A DNA stretch of 64,000 nt, taken from contig NC_091999.1 in assembly GCF_044704955.1 (NCBI RefSeq), positions 64,046,001 to 64,110,000 on the forward strand, in the 5' to 3' direction. Under the pieces are notes generated by a model, which was given only the letters and a program-made list of their open reading frames with translations, was not told the origin of the DNA and searched no databases. Both the position numbers and the translations under genes were made by a program. The first letter of the stretch is position 1, and each line of letters opens with the position of its first letter. The DNA is from Pristiophorus japonicus (Eukaryota). This document shows positions 1 through 11,188 of the stretch, piece by piece.

Positions 1-172
1 GCTTTTTTAACACCCTTTGTCCTTTTAGAATTTTGCTGTAAAGTTGCCCTTTTTGTTCTTTGCCTTGGGTTTCTCTGCCCTCCACTTTTCCTCATCTCTT
101 TTCTGTCTTTTGCTTTTGCCTCATTTTTGTCTCCCTCTGTGACCCTGCATAGGTTCCCATCCCCCTGCAATA

Positions 173-1120
173 TTATTTTAACTCCTCCCCAACAGCACTA
201 GCAAACACTCCCCCTTGGACATTGGTTCCGGTCCTGCCCAGATGCAGACCGTCCGGTTTGTACTGGTCCCACCTCCCCCAGAACCGGTTCCAATGCCCCA
301 GGAATTTGAATCCCTCCCTGCTGCACCACTGCTCAAGCCATGTATTCATCTGCTCTACCCTGCGATTCCTACTCTGACTAGCACGTGGCACTGGTAGAAA
401 TCCCGAGATTACTACTTTTGAGGTCCTACTTTTTAATTTAGCTCCTAGCTCCTTAAAATCTTTTCGTAGGACCTCATCCCTTTTTTTACCTATGTCGTTG
501 GTACCAATGTGCACAGCGACAACTGGCTGTTCTCCCTCCCACTTCAGAATGTCCTGCACCCGCTCCGAGACATCCTTGACCATTGCACCAGGGAGGCAAC
601 ATACCATCCTGGAGTCTCGGTTGCGGCCGCAGAAACGCCTATCTATTCCCCTCACCATCGAATCCCCTATCACTATCGCGCTCCCAATCATTTTCCTGCC
701 TTCCTGTGCAGCAGAGCCAGCTACGGTGTCATGAACTTGACTGCTGCTGCCCTTCCCTGGTGAGTCATCCCCCCGAACAGTACTCAAAGCAGTGTATCTG
801 TTTTGCAGGGGGATGACCACAGGGGACCCCTGCACTATCTTTCTTGCACTGCTCTTCCTGCTGGTCTTCCATTCCCTATCTGGCTGTGGACACTTCTCCT
901 GCGGTAAGACCAACTCACTACACGTGATACTCACGTCATTCTCAGCATCGTGGATGCTCCAGAGTGAATCCACCCTCAGCTCCAATTCCACAACGCGGAT
1001 CGTCAAGAGCTCGAGGCGGATACACTTCCCACACACGTAGCGCCCAGAGACACCGGAAGTGTCCCCGAGTTCCCACATGGTACAGGAGGAGCATATCACG
1101 TGACCGAGCTCTCCTGCCAT
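173..1120 (-). CDS. CR1 LINE ORF1p (N-terminal Cys zinc finger/coiled coil + SGNH/GDSL esterase-like domain)
   Basis: 315-aa open ORF with CSSC...CGKC, leucine heptads, IVIGDSMVR, HIGTND and DGLHL esterase blocks. Confidence 0.9.
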   Translation of the reverse strand: MAGELGHVICSSCTMWELGDTSGVSGRYVCGKCIRLELLTIRVVELELRVDSLWSIHDAENDVSITCSELVLPQEKCPQPDREWKTSRKSSARKIVQGSPVVIPLQNRYTALSTVRGDDSPGKGSSSQVHDTVAGSAAQEGRKMIGSAIVIGDSMVRGIDRRFCGRNRDSRMVCCLPGAMVKDVSERVQDILKWEGEQPVVAVHIGTNDIGKKRDEVLRKDFKELGAKLKSRTSKVVISGFLPVPRASQSRNRRVEQMNTWLEQWCSREGFKFLGHWNRFWGRWDQYKPDGLHLGRTGTNVQGGVFASAVGEELK

Positions 1121-1305
1121 GTCTTAACCTTAGATACCCTTAAATTGGTAATAACAATGCTAAAGTTCACTTACTGATATAAAAAAGAAAAGAAAATTTA
1201 CTCACCAATCACTAGCCAATCACTTACCCCATTGGCTGTGACTTCACTTTTTGATTCCTTTCTACTTCTATTTTGCTTTCTCTCCCGCTGTAGCTGCAGC
1301 GGTAC

Positions 1306-1712
1306 GCTGGCTCTCGCTCTCCCGCTGGGCCTTTTATAGGTCGCTCCCCTCTCACCAACTGCCGCTGGCTCTCGATCTCCCGCTGGGCTTTTGACAGGTC
1401 GCTCCCCTCTCACCAACTGCTGTTGGCTCTCGCTCTCCCGCTGGGCCTTTTATTGGTCGCTCCGCTCTCACCAACTGCCGCTGGCTCTCGCTCTCCCGCT
1501 GGGCCTTTGACAGGTCGCTCCCCTCTCACCAACTGCTGTTGGCTCTCGCTCTCCCGCTGGGCCTTTTATAGGTCGCTCCCCTCTCACCAACTGCCGCTGG
1601 CTCTCGCTCTCCCGCTGGGCCTTTGATAGGTCGCTCCCCTCTCACCAACTGCCGCTGGCTCTCGATCTCCCGCTGGGCTTTTGACAGGTCGCTCCCCTCT
1701 CACCAACTGCCG
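1306..1712 (-). repeat. ~7 x 58-bp GC-rich tandem monomers forming the CR1 5'UTR
   Basis: Unit gctggctctcgctctcccgctgggccttttataggtcgctcccctctcaccaactgcc starts at 1306, 1364, 1422 and onward. Confidence 0.9.
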
Positions 1713-1714
1713 CT

Positions 1715-1876
1715 CTGCAGATTCCCCACCAAGCCCCCCAGTATCTGATCGGAGCCGATAGTTAAGGCATTTGAACACTTCAGCAGGAATCTCAACCGGA
1801 CACAAAGAACTTTTCACTTATCCATGAAAGGCATTAAGATCAGAAACAGTGCCGTGTATTACTATGTGCGATGACC
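1715..1876 (+). pseudogene. TCR alpha/delta-like V segment, 3' half (V1), cut in FR2 by the CR1 element
   Basis: Translates QIPHQAPQYLIGADS* (FR2) and, after a frameshift, HFSRNLNRTQRTFHLSMKGIKIRNSAVYYYVR (FR3; YYC changed to YYY); followed by a 23-RSS. Confidence 0.8.
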
Positions 1877-1915
1877 CATAGTGAATAAGAATCCCTCGGG
1901 CCTCATGCATAAACA
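1877..1915 (+). other. Recombination signal sequence, 23-bp spacer (heptamer mutated)
   Basis: CATAGTG + 23 nt (aataagaatccctcgggcctcat) + GCATAAACA; the essential CAC is changed to CAT. Confidence 0.75.
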
Positions 1916-2820
1916 GGTCACAGGTCAGCAAATGTGGGCTCTGGAAAAATGCCAGCGATTGAATCCTACAGAGTTTGTTGAGGAAATAAATGTGAAAGTA
2001 CAACCTGATCCGAGAGGTATTCTTCAGTTAAAGTCATTGCTGTCAGTGTTGGGAAACGTGAAATATCTCTAGCATTTTATTGTACCATCAAATTCAGACA
2101 TTTCCACTCCAGTAATACACAACCCTGCAGATCTCTCTGATTGCTAACAGGCTCAATCTGTGAAAGTAAAAGTCCTGGGTGATGCAGATCTGACATTTGA
2201 GTCTTTCAAAAGTGATCTAATCTCTAAGTCGGCCTCGGGGGCGGGAAAATTCAGAGCTTCTGGGATGCTAATACCACAAGTAGTGACTGATTGAACTCAG
2301 CTCTTTACTGGTATCGTATCCCGGTTTTACTATTATCGTGTCCTAGTGGCTTTAAGACTGTAACTATTAATGATGCTGATGAATTGGACGATATTCATTA
2401 ATACTAGGGCTTGAAATTAATTTGGAATTATTTACTTTTTCACCTTAATTATGGAGAGATCTATATATCTATTGATAGAGACATTGAGGTCGACCGAAAG
2501 GTATACAAAGCCAGAAACGCAGTCCGATTGACAGAGACACGGTGCAGGAGTGTGAGACAGATAGAAAGACACACAGGCACTGACTGGGAAGGAAAGAGTT
2601 TGGAGGGAGCCATCAGTAATTGGTCCTCAACTGACAGTGATTCGTCCACAGCTGGCGTTGGATTTGAGAGAACATCCAATCCAAGCCCTGAGTAACGCAC
2701 CTCAGTTTTGAAATAAATGATGACTGCCGCTGATTTGGGTTTGCTCTTTATTATCAGACCAAAAACGGCAACATATTTAAAACATTCAATTATTGTACAT
2801 CGAAATCTAAACTAGACACC

Positions 2821-3258
2821 ATGTGTTCCCCATGTTCACTACTGATAATAATTGCCATGCTGCCCGGTGAGTCTATGTTTAAAGGGTCAGTTTGTGTTCC
2901 ATGGGTTATATTTACTATCAGACTTTTAACACATTCTGTATTTTGTTCCAGGAAGGAGTGGCGAAGATTCAGTGTCCCAGCATCCGTCTGAAGTAATGAT
3001 TCAGGAGGGTCAGACCTTAAAACTGAACGGTAATTACTCAGCAGCGTACACTGCCCCAATTCTCTTCTGGTATGTCCAGTATCCCGGGGAAGCTCCGAGA
3101 TATTTACTGAACAGATACGGCAAGGGGAATAGGGATCAGTCTCCTGATTTTCCAGGACGGTTTTCTGCTGCTTTGGACCAAGACTAGTAAAGAGTTCCTT
3201 TAAATATATCCGGGGCTCTTGTCTCTGAATCTGCCGTGCATCACTCTGCGCTGACCCC
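2821..3258 (+). pseudogene. TCR alpha/delta-like V gene segment (V2): leader exon 2821-2866, intron 2867-2951, V exon 2952-3258; inactivated
   Basis: Leader MCSPCSLLIIIAMLP-G/gtgagt, acceptor ttttgttccag. V exon EDSVSQHPSEVMIQEGQTLKLNGNYS..LFWYVQYPGEAPRYLL..FPGRFSAALDQD**RVPLNISGALVSESAVHHSALT has tandem TAG TAA stops and both canonical Cys lost. Confidence 0.93.
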
Positions 3259-3297
3259 CACACTGCTACACGGGCGCAGTCAGTCCGTACAAAACAA
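3259..3297 (+). other. Recombination signal sequence, 23-bp spacer
   Basis: CACACTG + 23 nt (ctacacgggcgcagtcagtccgt) + ACAAAACAA directly after the V2 exon. Confidence 0.9.
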
Positions 3298-3448
3298 GCA
3301 ATGGAATTTAATTACCTCTCACTGAATCAGCTCTGAGACCCGGCATTGGTATGTTACAATAGAAATCAAACAATAAAACGAAAACGCTCGATAATATATA
3401 GCTGGGTAGATAACTAACTAGATAGACCGGCAGATAGCTAAATACACA

Positions 3449-3505
3449 GTCTCTCTCACTCTCTCTCTTTCTCTCTCTCTCTGTCTCTCTCTCTCTCTAT
3501 CTCTT
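3449..3505. repeat. (CT)n microsatellite
   Basis: Imperfect CT run seen directly. Confidence 0.9.
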
Positions 3506-3859
3506 CACCCAATGATCCCTTCCTCCTTTCTTTGAAATTATCATCAGATGCAGACAAAAGTGTTAATTCATGCTGCGGCGTCTGCAACGTGTTTCACTGC
3601 TCAGTAACGGCGTTGTAATGATTAGTTTCGCAGCTGAATGATGAAATAATTGGACACTAGCGCTGTTCCAACCATCACCCGAGTTCCAGACTGCAATTAC
3701 TCCAACAGGTTATCAAGATCGCGAAGTGCATAAAAAAGTTAACTCTGATTATTACTTTAAATGAAACCGCGTAAGTAGAACCTGAGGACGCAAGTTCAAA
3801 GTATGAAAGGTCAGCTTAGGACTGATGCTGAAAATTCTTCAGACGCAATATGATTTACC

Positions 3860-4070
3860 GAGTTTCTCTTTTATTCTTTCTTCCCCTCCCCCTTTCAGTG
3901 CTCCATAAGAATCTTTTCATTCGGAACAATCGCCAGTTCTGATGAAGGTTCATCTACCTGAAAGGTCAACTCTGTTTCTCTCTCCACAGATGCTGCCTGG
4001 CCCTCTGAGATTTCCAGCATTTTATTTTTTATGTCAGATTCTATCATCCGCAGTATTTTGCTTTTGTATT
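3860..4070 (+). mobile_element. Penelope-like element terminal-repeat remnant with hammerhead-like core
   Basis: agtt-CTGATGA-aggt..acct-GAAA-ggtc-aact followed by ctctccacagatgctgcctg..gagatttccagcatttt, which resembles PLE-derived repeats I recall from fish/shark genomes. Confidence 0.6.
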
Positions 4071-4339
4071 ATGATTTACCTCTTGGTGTTCGCGCCATCG
4101 CATTCTGCTCAAACCTGCCAGTGACTCTCCATTTTATTGAGGTTAAAAGAGTTCTTTTAATTTACCACATCATTGTGTTCAAATCCTTCATGGCTCGCTT
4201 CCCGTCTACATCCCCCTTTTATCGGCTATGGTTTGTTATAATGGTCAGCAAGCAGCTCCTTTAATGGGAAGCTCCCGCACAGCTGCCAGAACAACATTAA
4301 TTGTTTCCTTCACTGCTCTCGCTTTACAAATTGACCCTG

Positions 4340-4513
4340 TTAAAGAGGTAACATAGACAGATTTTTGAGCGATAAGGGAATAAATGGTCATGGGGAGAGC
4401 GCAGGGAAGTGGAGCTGAGTCCATGATCCGATCAGCCATGATCTTGTTGAATGACGCAACAGGCTCAAGGAGCCAGGTGGCCTAATCCTGCTTCTATTTC
4501 TTGTGTTCTTATA
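4340..4513 (+). mobile_element. CR1 3'-end fragment
   Basis: gatagatttttg...agtggagctgag...cagccatgatcttgttgaatg...ctatttcttgtgttctt, the same 3' end as other CR1s in this window. Confidence 0.7.
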
Positions 4514-4744
4514 ACATTTGCCACCTAGCTACATACGGAGATATTAGGGCAGATATTTAGGGGTGGAATTCCAGAGTTTAGGGCCGAGGCAGGTGAAGAC
4601 ACGGCGGCTAATTTTGGAGCGATTAAATTGGGATTGCACAAGTGGCCAGATATTGAAGGAGCAGACAGGTCGTGGAGGGTTGTCGGTTTCAACAGTCTGA
4701 AATTAATGCAACTGCATCTTAAACCTTTCCTTTCGTTATTAATT

Positions 4745-5160
4745 ATAGGGATATGGATTTCACTGGCATGTCAGCATTTATTGCCCATCCCTTGGTTTCC
4801 CCTTGAGAAATTGCTGGTGAGCCATCTGCTTTTCGAACCACTGCAGTTCTGCTCCTTCCAAGCGTTTGATACAACTGGGGGGCATGCAGGGCCATTTCAA
4901 AGAGCTAAATCACGTTGAGTATGGGACTGGAGTCACTTTTGGGGTAAGGACGGCTGATTTCTTTCCCTGACGGGACATTAGTGTACCCGTTGGGGTTTTT
5001 GCCAATGCCGATCACTTTATGGTCACTTTTTCTGATACCAGCCTCTCATTTATTTTTTAAAAATCGGAATTTAAATTCCCAAACTACGCAGGTACCATTT
5101 TAATTCGTGCAATAAACTGCTTCGCCCAGGCCTCTGGATTACAAATGGAGTAACATAACG
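4745..5160 (-). mobile_element. Degenerate LINE/SINE 3' end (same terminal motif as 48240-48592)
   Basis: cagcatttattgcccatccct...cccttgagaa motif shared with the 48270 region. Confidence 0.5.
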
Positions 5161-5924
5161 AAAATACAGCTGCAACATTTTTAAGGCGTAATGTTCTCTG
5201 CCTCAAACACTATTTGTGGCAAAATGTCCCATGCTCCAACAACTCCCACGCTCGCGTCCATGCATATATTTTTCTGAGCTTCTGTCACTCTCTTGTTAAT
5301 ATGTTGAATTTTATGATCTTTCTTTACCGATTCCCACAAGCAGAGGAATCAGTCTTTTCATCTTCTCTCCAGTAAAGCTACTTTACAACAAAAACTCGAT
5401 TAGATCGCTTAAACTTATTAGCTTCAATCGAAATCTCAAGTCTCCAATCATAAATGCAGTTACAATTGCTAGGTTCGTCTTTGTCCATATCAGTAGTTAA
5501 AGCTTCTAACTTTAATATGATTTCTATAATGGGCCATCTTGCTCTACAGATATCAATCTTACAGTGGAACAACCAGCCCAGCAGTAAGAGTACTAGACCA
5601 GTAACTCGCAGTTCGTAAGTTCGAAGCTCCCCAAGCCGTGAAACTGATGTAAAATACAGCTGAAAATATGTGAGTTGCCAAAAGGAAAGTAGGATGAAAG
5701 CTGACGGATGGTTGTTAAAAACCACAATTGGTTGAATAATATCTTTCATTGTAGGGAATCTGTTCCTCACTTAACCTGCTTCTCTGCTAATACACTCAAG
5801 GCGCCAGGGGATTGGCTAGTAAAACCTCGCTGTAGTCATTCACCTCCCAGGGACAAAGAACATTTTGAGCCCTAAAAATTTAGTTGTCCGAGTACAGCAA
5901 TCACTAAAAGCTAGCGGACTGGAC

Positions 5925-6015
5925 AGCTACACAGGCTCTCGTATGGACTGTTCAGCCACCAAAGAACTCACTTCCGGAGTGGAAGCAAGTCTTTCTCGAT
6001 TCCAAGGGACTGCCT

Positions 6016-6042
<27 letters not shown>
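5925..6042 (+). mobile_element. RTE-clade LINE 3' tip with (GAT)n tail
   Basis: Encodes ..GLFSHQRTHFRSGSKSFSIPRDCL* (RTE C-terminal zinc-finger end) followed by (gat)n. Confidence 0.75.
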
Positions 6043-6046
<4 letters not shown>

Positions 6047-6054
6047 CATTTAAC

Positions 6055-6212
6055 ACAGAATTTGACAGATTTTTGATCGATGAGGAAATAAAAGGGTCAG
6101 GGGGAGCAGGCAGGGAACTGAGTCCATGATCAAATCAACCATGATCTTATATATTGTGGAGTAGGCTTGTGGGGCCAGGTGGCCTCCTCCTGTTGCTATT
6201 TCTTATGTTCTT
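6055..6212 (+). mobile_element. CR1 3'-end fragment
   Basis: Same 3'UTR ending in ctatttcttatgttct. Confidence 0.65.
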
Positions 6213-6239
6213 GTGTAACTCCGTGCTTCGAATCCGAAG

Positions 6240-7200
6240 CTCCCCTGTTTACCCTGGCACCCAGAAGAGCAGATACAGGACATTGAAAAACTAACTCCTA
6301 CAAGACGATGGAAACCTACTTCTGCCGATGGCATCTCCGGCCAAACCCGGAAAAGATTGTCACCTCGGCATTCCACCTTCACACCAATCAAGCATACCAA
6401 GCTTTGAAAGGCTCCTTATGTGGAATAGCGGTAAACGATGCCAAAAAAAACCCCTCCTATTTAGGATTCACGCTGGATCACACGCTGTCATATAGACAAC
6501 ATCTCCAGTGCCTTGGCAAGAAACTGAAGAGTAGAATGAACATGATCGAGAAACTCGCCGGAACCACATGAGGATCAGACCCTCAAGCCCTCCCCCTCCC
6601 CCCGTACTACAGCACTCGCACTGGTTTACTCTGCAGTGGAGTTCCGCTTTCCGGCTTGGATATCAATTTCGGTTGTTAAATCCGTTGATGTCCAGCTGAA
6701 TTCTACTATGAGAATAATCAGCGGTACGCTTTTATCGACACAAACACCTTGGCTCCCCGTGCTTACAAACATTGCACTACCACACACACGTCGCAAATAA
6801 TTATTCTCCAGAAAATACATGCTGATACAAAAATATGCTGATCCAGGCAGAATTGAACAATCTGCTACCAACCCGTCTTAAATGTAGAAGGCCATTTTGG
6901 GGCACTAGCAAAGCCCCTCAACGATCTCCCCTCAGCCTTAACGACCGATGGCCAAATGCCTGGTAGAACTGAAATGGATTCCTTATAGTAAACCCCACAG
7001 TACATCCTGTAGAATCTGAACTTCATCACAAAGAGTGCGGGACCATGTAACTGCCTCAGAACTGGTCATGATAGATGCAGCCTCCATCAATATAGGAGAA
7101 ATATTAATGCAACCCCATCAGGCCACAGTGGAGCTACAAAGCAGACTCAGGAGCACATTATTGAGTACTTGGATACTGACATTTGTAATTTGATACTACC
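6240..7200 (+). mobile_element. RTEX/Jockey-like LINE ORF2 C-terminal remnant
   Basis: YFCRWHLRPNPEK..AFHL..PSYLGFTLDHTLSYRQH..KLAGTT*G.., LALVYSAVE.., terminal QTQEHII; stops and frameshifts. Confidence 0.75.
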
Positions 7201-7219
7201 TAACGAATTAGAGGAGGCA

Positions 7220-10109
7220 TACGGAGAGAGAGAGAAGCAATGGGAAATCAGATAGAGAAACACTGCGACATTCAGAATTAGAGGGAAAACGATAGGTATT
7301 TAGATAGAGAGACACTGAGAGTCAGACAGGGAGAAAAACAGGAGTGATCAGATAGAGAGACACGGAGACAGTCAGACAGGGAGAAGATCAGGCGTAGTCA
7401 GATAGTAAGACATTGAGGTAATCTGACAATGAGACAGAAACAGTGGGTGATCATACAGAGAGAAACTGAAACAGTCAGGCACAGACAGTAACAGGGTGTA
7501 ATCATAGAGCGAGAGACATTGACATAGTCAGACACACAGAGAACAGGGACTAATCAGAGAGGGCAACAATGTGACAATCAGACAGAGATAGAGAGAGAGA
7601 GGAGTAATCAGATAGAGACACGCTGAGGCAGTTAGATTCAGAAAGCCAGTCGCAAATATTAATCAGATAGGGAGACACTGAAATAGCCAGACAGAGAGTG
7701 AGAAGCAGGGAGTAATGAGATAGAGATATACTGCGACAGTCATACAGAGATAGAAACAAGGGGCAATCATATAGAATCTCACTGAGACACAGTCGGACAG
7801 AGAGCGAGAGAGACGCAGGATGTATTCAGCTAGANNNNNNNNNNNNNNNNNNNNNNNNNNNNNNNNNNNNNNNNNNNNNNNNNNNNNNNNNNNNNNNNNN
7901 NNNNNNNNNNNNNNNNNNNNNNNNNNNNNNNNNNNNNNNNNNNNNNNNNNNNNNNNNNNNNNNNNNNNNNNNNNNNNNNNNNNNNNNNNNNNNNNNNNNN
8001 NNNNNNNNNNNNNNNNNNNNNNNNNNNNNNNNNNNNNNNNNNNNNNNNNNNNNTAGATATACACTGGGAATGGCAGACATAGAAAGAGACTCTGAGATAC
8101 CGACAGAGAGAGAAAAACGGGTTAATCAGATGGATTGTAACTGAGACAGTCAAACAGCGTGAAGCACGGAGTAATCAGTTAGAGAGACTCTGACACTGTG
8201 AGACCGAATGATAAACAGGGATAATCAAATAGAGAAATACTGAGACAGACAGACACAGAGAGACACAGTAGTAAATTAGATAGGTTTACAGCCAATCATA
8301 GAAATATAGAAAATAGTTGCAAGATTAGGCCATTCGGCCCTTCGAGCCTGCACCGCCATTCAATACGATTATGACTGATCATTCCCTCAGTACCCTTTTC
8401 CTGCTTTCTATCCATACCCCTTGATCCCCTTAACCGGAAGGGCCATATCGAACTCCCTGTTGAATATATCCAATGAACTGACATCAACAACTCTCTGCGG
8501 CAGGGAATTCCATCGTTTAATAACTCTCTGAGTGAAGAAGTTTTTCCTAAATGGCTTACCCGTTATCCTAAGACTACGTCCCCTGGTTCCGGTCTTCCCC
8601 AACATTGGGAACATTCTTCCTGCATCTTAGCTGTACAGTACCGTCAAAATCTTATACGTTTCTATGAGATCCCCTCCCATCCTCCTAAAGTCCAGTGAAT
8701 AAAGGCCCAGTTGATCTTGTCTCTTCTCGTATGACATTAATGACAGAAGGAGGCGTTAATTGAATAGAGAAACACCGAGACAGTCAGACACAGAGAGAGA
8801 GAAACAGGGGTTAATCAGATAGTGAGACAGTGAGTCAGGCCGAGAGGGAGAAGCAGGTAATATTCAGATAGAGAGATATTTTGACAGAGAGAGAGAGAAA
8901 AATGGTCAATCAGAAAGATAGGTACTGTGGTAACAGACACAGAGAGAGAGAAGGAGGGAGTATTCAGAAAGAGACGCTGAGATTGTCAGACACAGAGAGA
9001 AAAACAGATGAATCAAATGGAGTGAAACTGCGACAGACAGAGATAAAATCAGGGAGTGATCAGATTGTGAGACTCTGAGACAAAAAGACCGGAAGACAAA
9101 CAGTGTTAATCATACATAGATATACTGAGACAGACAGGTAGACAGACGAGCAGCGGTAAATTAGATAGTGACACTGAGAGAATCAGATACTACGAGACAG
9201 AACCAGGGGTTAATCGAATAGAGATATTGAGATAATCAGACAGAGAGAGGGAGAACAGGGGAAATCAGACAAATACATTTCGCTACAGTCAGGAGGATAG
9301 AGAAACAGGAGGTAATCAGATAGAGGCAGTGAGACAGTCAGACAGAGAGGGTCAAGCAGGTAATATTCAGATAGAAAGATATTTTGACAGACAGACAGAG
9401 AGAGAAACAGGGGATAATGAGAAAGTGAGGTACTGAGGTAACAGACACACAGAGAGAGAAGGATGGAGTATTTAGATAGGGACACTGATAGTGTCAGACA
9501 CAAAGAGAAAAACAGATTAATCAGATGGAGTGAAACGGCACAGTCAGGGAGATAAAATCAGGCACTGATCAGATATGGAGACTCTGAGACAGAAAGACCG
9601 AAAGACAAACAACGTTAATCATATAGAGAGATACTGAGACCGAATTACAGAGAGAGAAACAGGGGTAAATTAGATAGAGTGAGACTCAGACAATCAGATA
9701 CTACGAGACAGAAGCAGATGTTAATCGAATAGAGATACATTGAGACAATCAGGCAGAGAGATAGAGAGAACAGGGGTAATCAGATAAAGAAATTTCGATA
9801 CAGTCAGGAAGATAGAGAAACAGGGGTAATCAGATGGAGACAGTGAGACAGTCAGACAGAGAGGGAGAAGAAGGTATTATTCAGATAGAGATACATTTTG
9901 ACAGACAGACAGAGAGAGAAATAGGGGGTAATCAGACAGAAAGAGAGACAGAGGCTGTCAGACAGAGAGATAACAGGAATTCGTCAGGTAGGAAGACAAT
10001 GAGGCAACAGACAGTGAAAGAGAAATACGGGTAATCTGATCGATATACACTGATGTAGTCTGAAACAGAGAGATCACAGATGTTAATCAGACATTGAGAC
10101 AGACAGACA

Positions 10110-10159
<50 letters not shown>

Positions 10160-11000
10160 GAGAGAGAGTGAGTGAGAGAGAGAGAAGCATGGGGTAAACA
10201 GATGGATAGACATTGAAACACATAGACGGGGAAAGAGAGAGGGGTTAATCAGATAAATAAATACTGGGACAGTCAGAAAGAGAGCAACGTAGGGTAAGCA
10301 GATAGAGAGACACTGAGATAATCAGACAGAGGGAGTGAAACAGGAGGTAATCAGATCGACAGACACTGAGACAGTCAGAGAGAGCGAATGAGATAAGGGG
10401 TAATCAGACAGAGAGACAGAGAGACAGTGAGAAAGTCAGGAGTGAAAAAAACAGGGCGTGATCAGATAGATAGACAATGATAATTCAGAAATAGGGAGAA
10501 AACAGGGGTTAAACTGATAGAGAGACATTGAGAAAATCAGGCACAGGGTAAAGCAGGGCTTATGAGATACTGAGCGAGATAGAGAGATAGAGAGACCGCT
10601 ATGGAGAGAGACAGAGATAGAAAGAGGTATATAGATAGAGAGATNNNNNNNNNNNNNNNNNNNNNNNNNNNNNNNNNNNNNNNNNNNNNNNNNNNNNNNN
10701 NNNNNNNNNNNNNNNNNNNNNNNNNNNNNNNNNNNNNNNNNNNNNNNNNNNNNNNNNNNNNNNNNNNNNNNNNNNNNNNNNNNNNNNNNNNNNNATAAGA
10801 CAGACACAGGGATAAAGAGATACAGAGTGATTCAGAGAAACAGAGAGAAAGAGAAAGGGAGAGCGAGAGTTAAAGGGAGAGATAGAGAGAAAGTCAGACT
10901 GTCAGAGATACAGATATGTATAGACATATATATATATATAGAGAGATACAAATTATACAGAGGTAAAGAAATCGAGAGAGATAAAGAGAGACTGTAAGGG
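7220..11000. repeat. Degenerate GA-rich minisatellite (~45-50 bp unit) containing two N gaps
   Basis: Recurring gtaatcagatagagagacactgagacagtcagacagagag; gaps at 7834-8053 and 10645-10794. Confidence 0.85.
8297..8733 (-). mobile_element. 5'-truncated CR1 inserted in the GA satellite
   Basis: catagaaatatagaaaatag tail; encodes MFPMLGKTGTRGRSLRI..FFTQRVIKRWNSLP. Confidence 0.9.
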
Positions 11001-11188
11001 GATAAAATACCATCACTAAAGTGGGAGTGGACAGACGGACAGATGGTCACTAAAGTGGCTACTGAAGGTAGTGAATTGATCTAACACATGGTCTAGATTG
11101 TAGGCCTTATCAGTATTAGGAGGTTCTGAGGAATCAGGAGTTCCTCTGTCTTACGGTAGGGATTATAATATATATTAAATTGACCGGT

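Larger units (their letters stand above)
1..1712 (-). mobile_element. CR1-clade LINE, 5' portion (5'UTR + ORF1 + inter-ORF region; continues off the left edge)
   Basis: Intact ORF1 (173-1120); inter-ORF sequence matches the second copy at ~27.7-27.9 kb; GC-rich tandem 5'UTR ends at ~1712. Confidence 0.9.
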
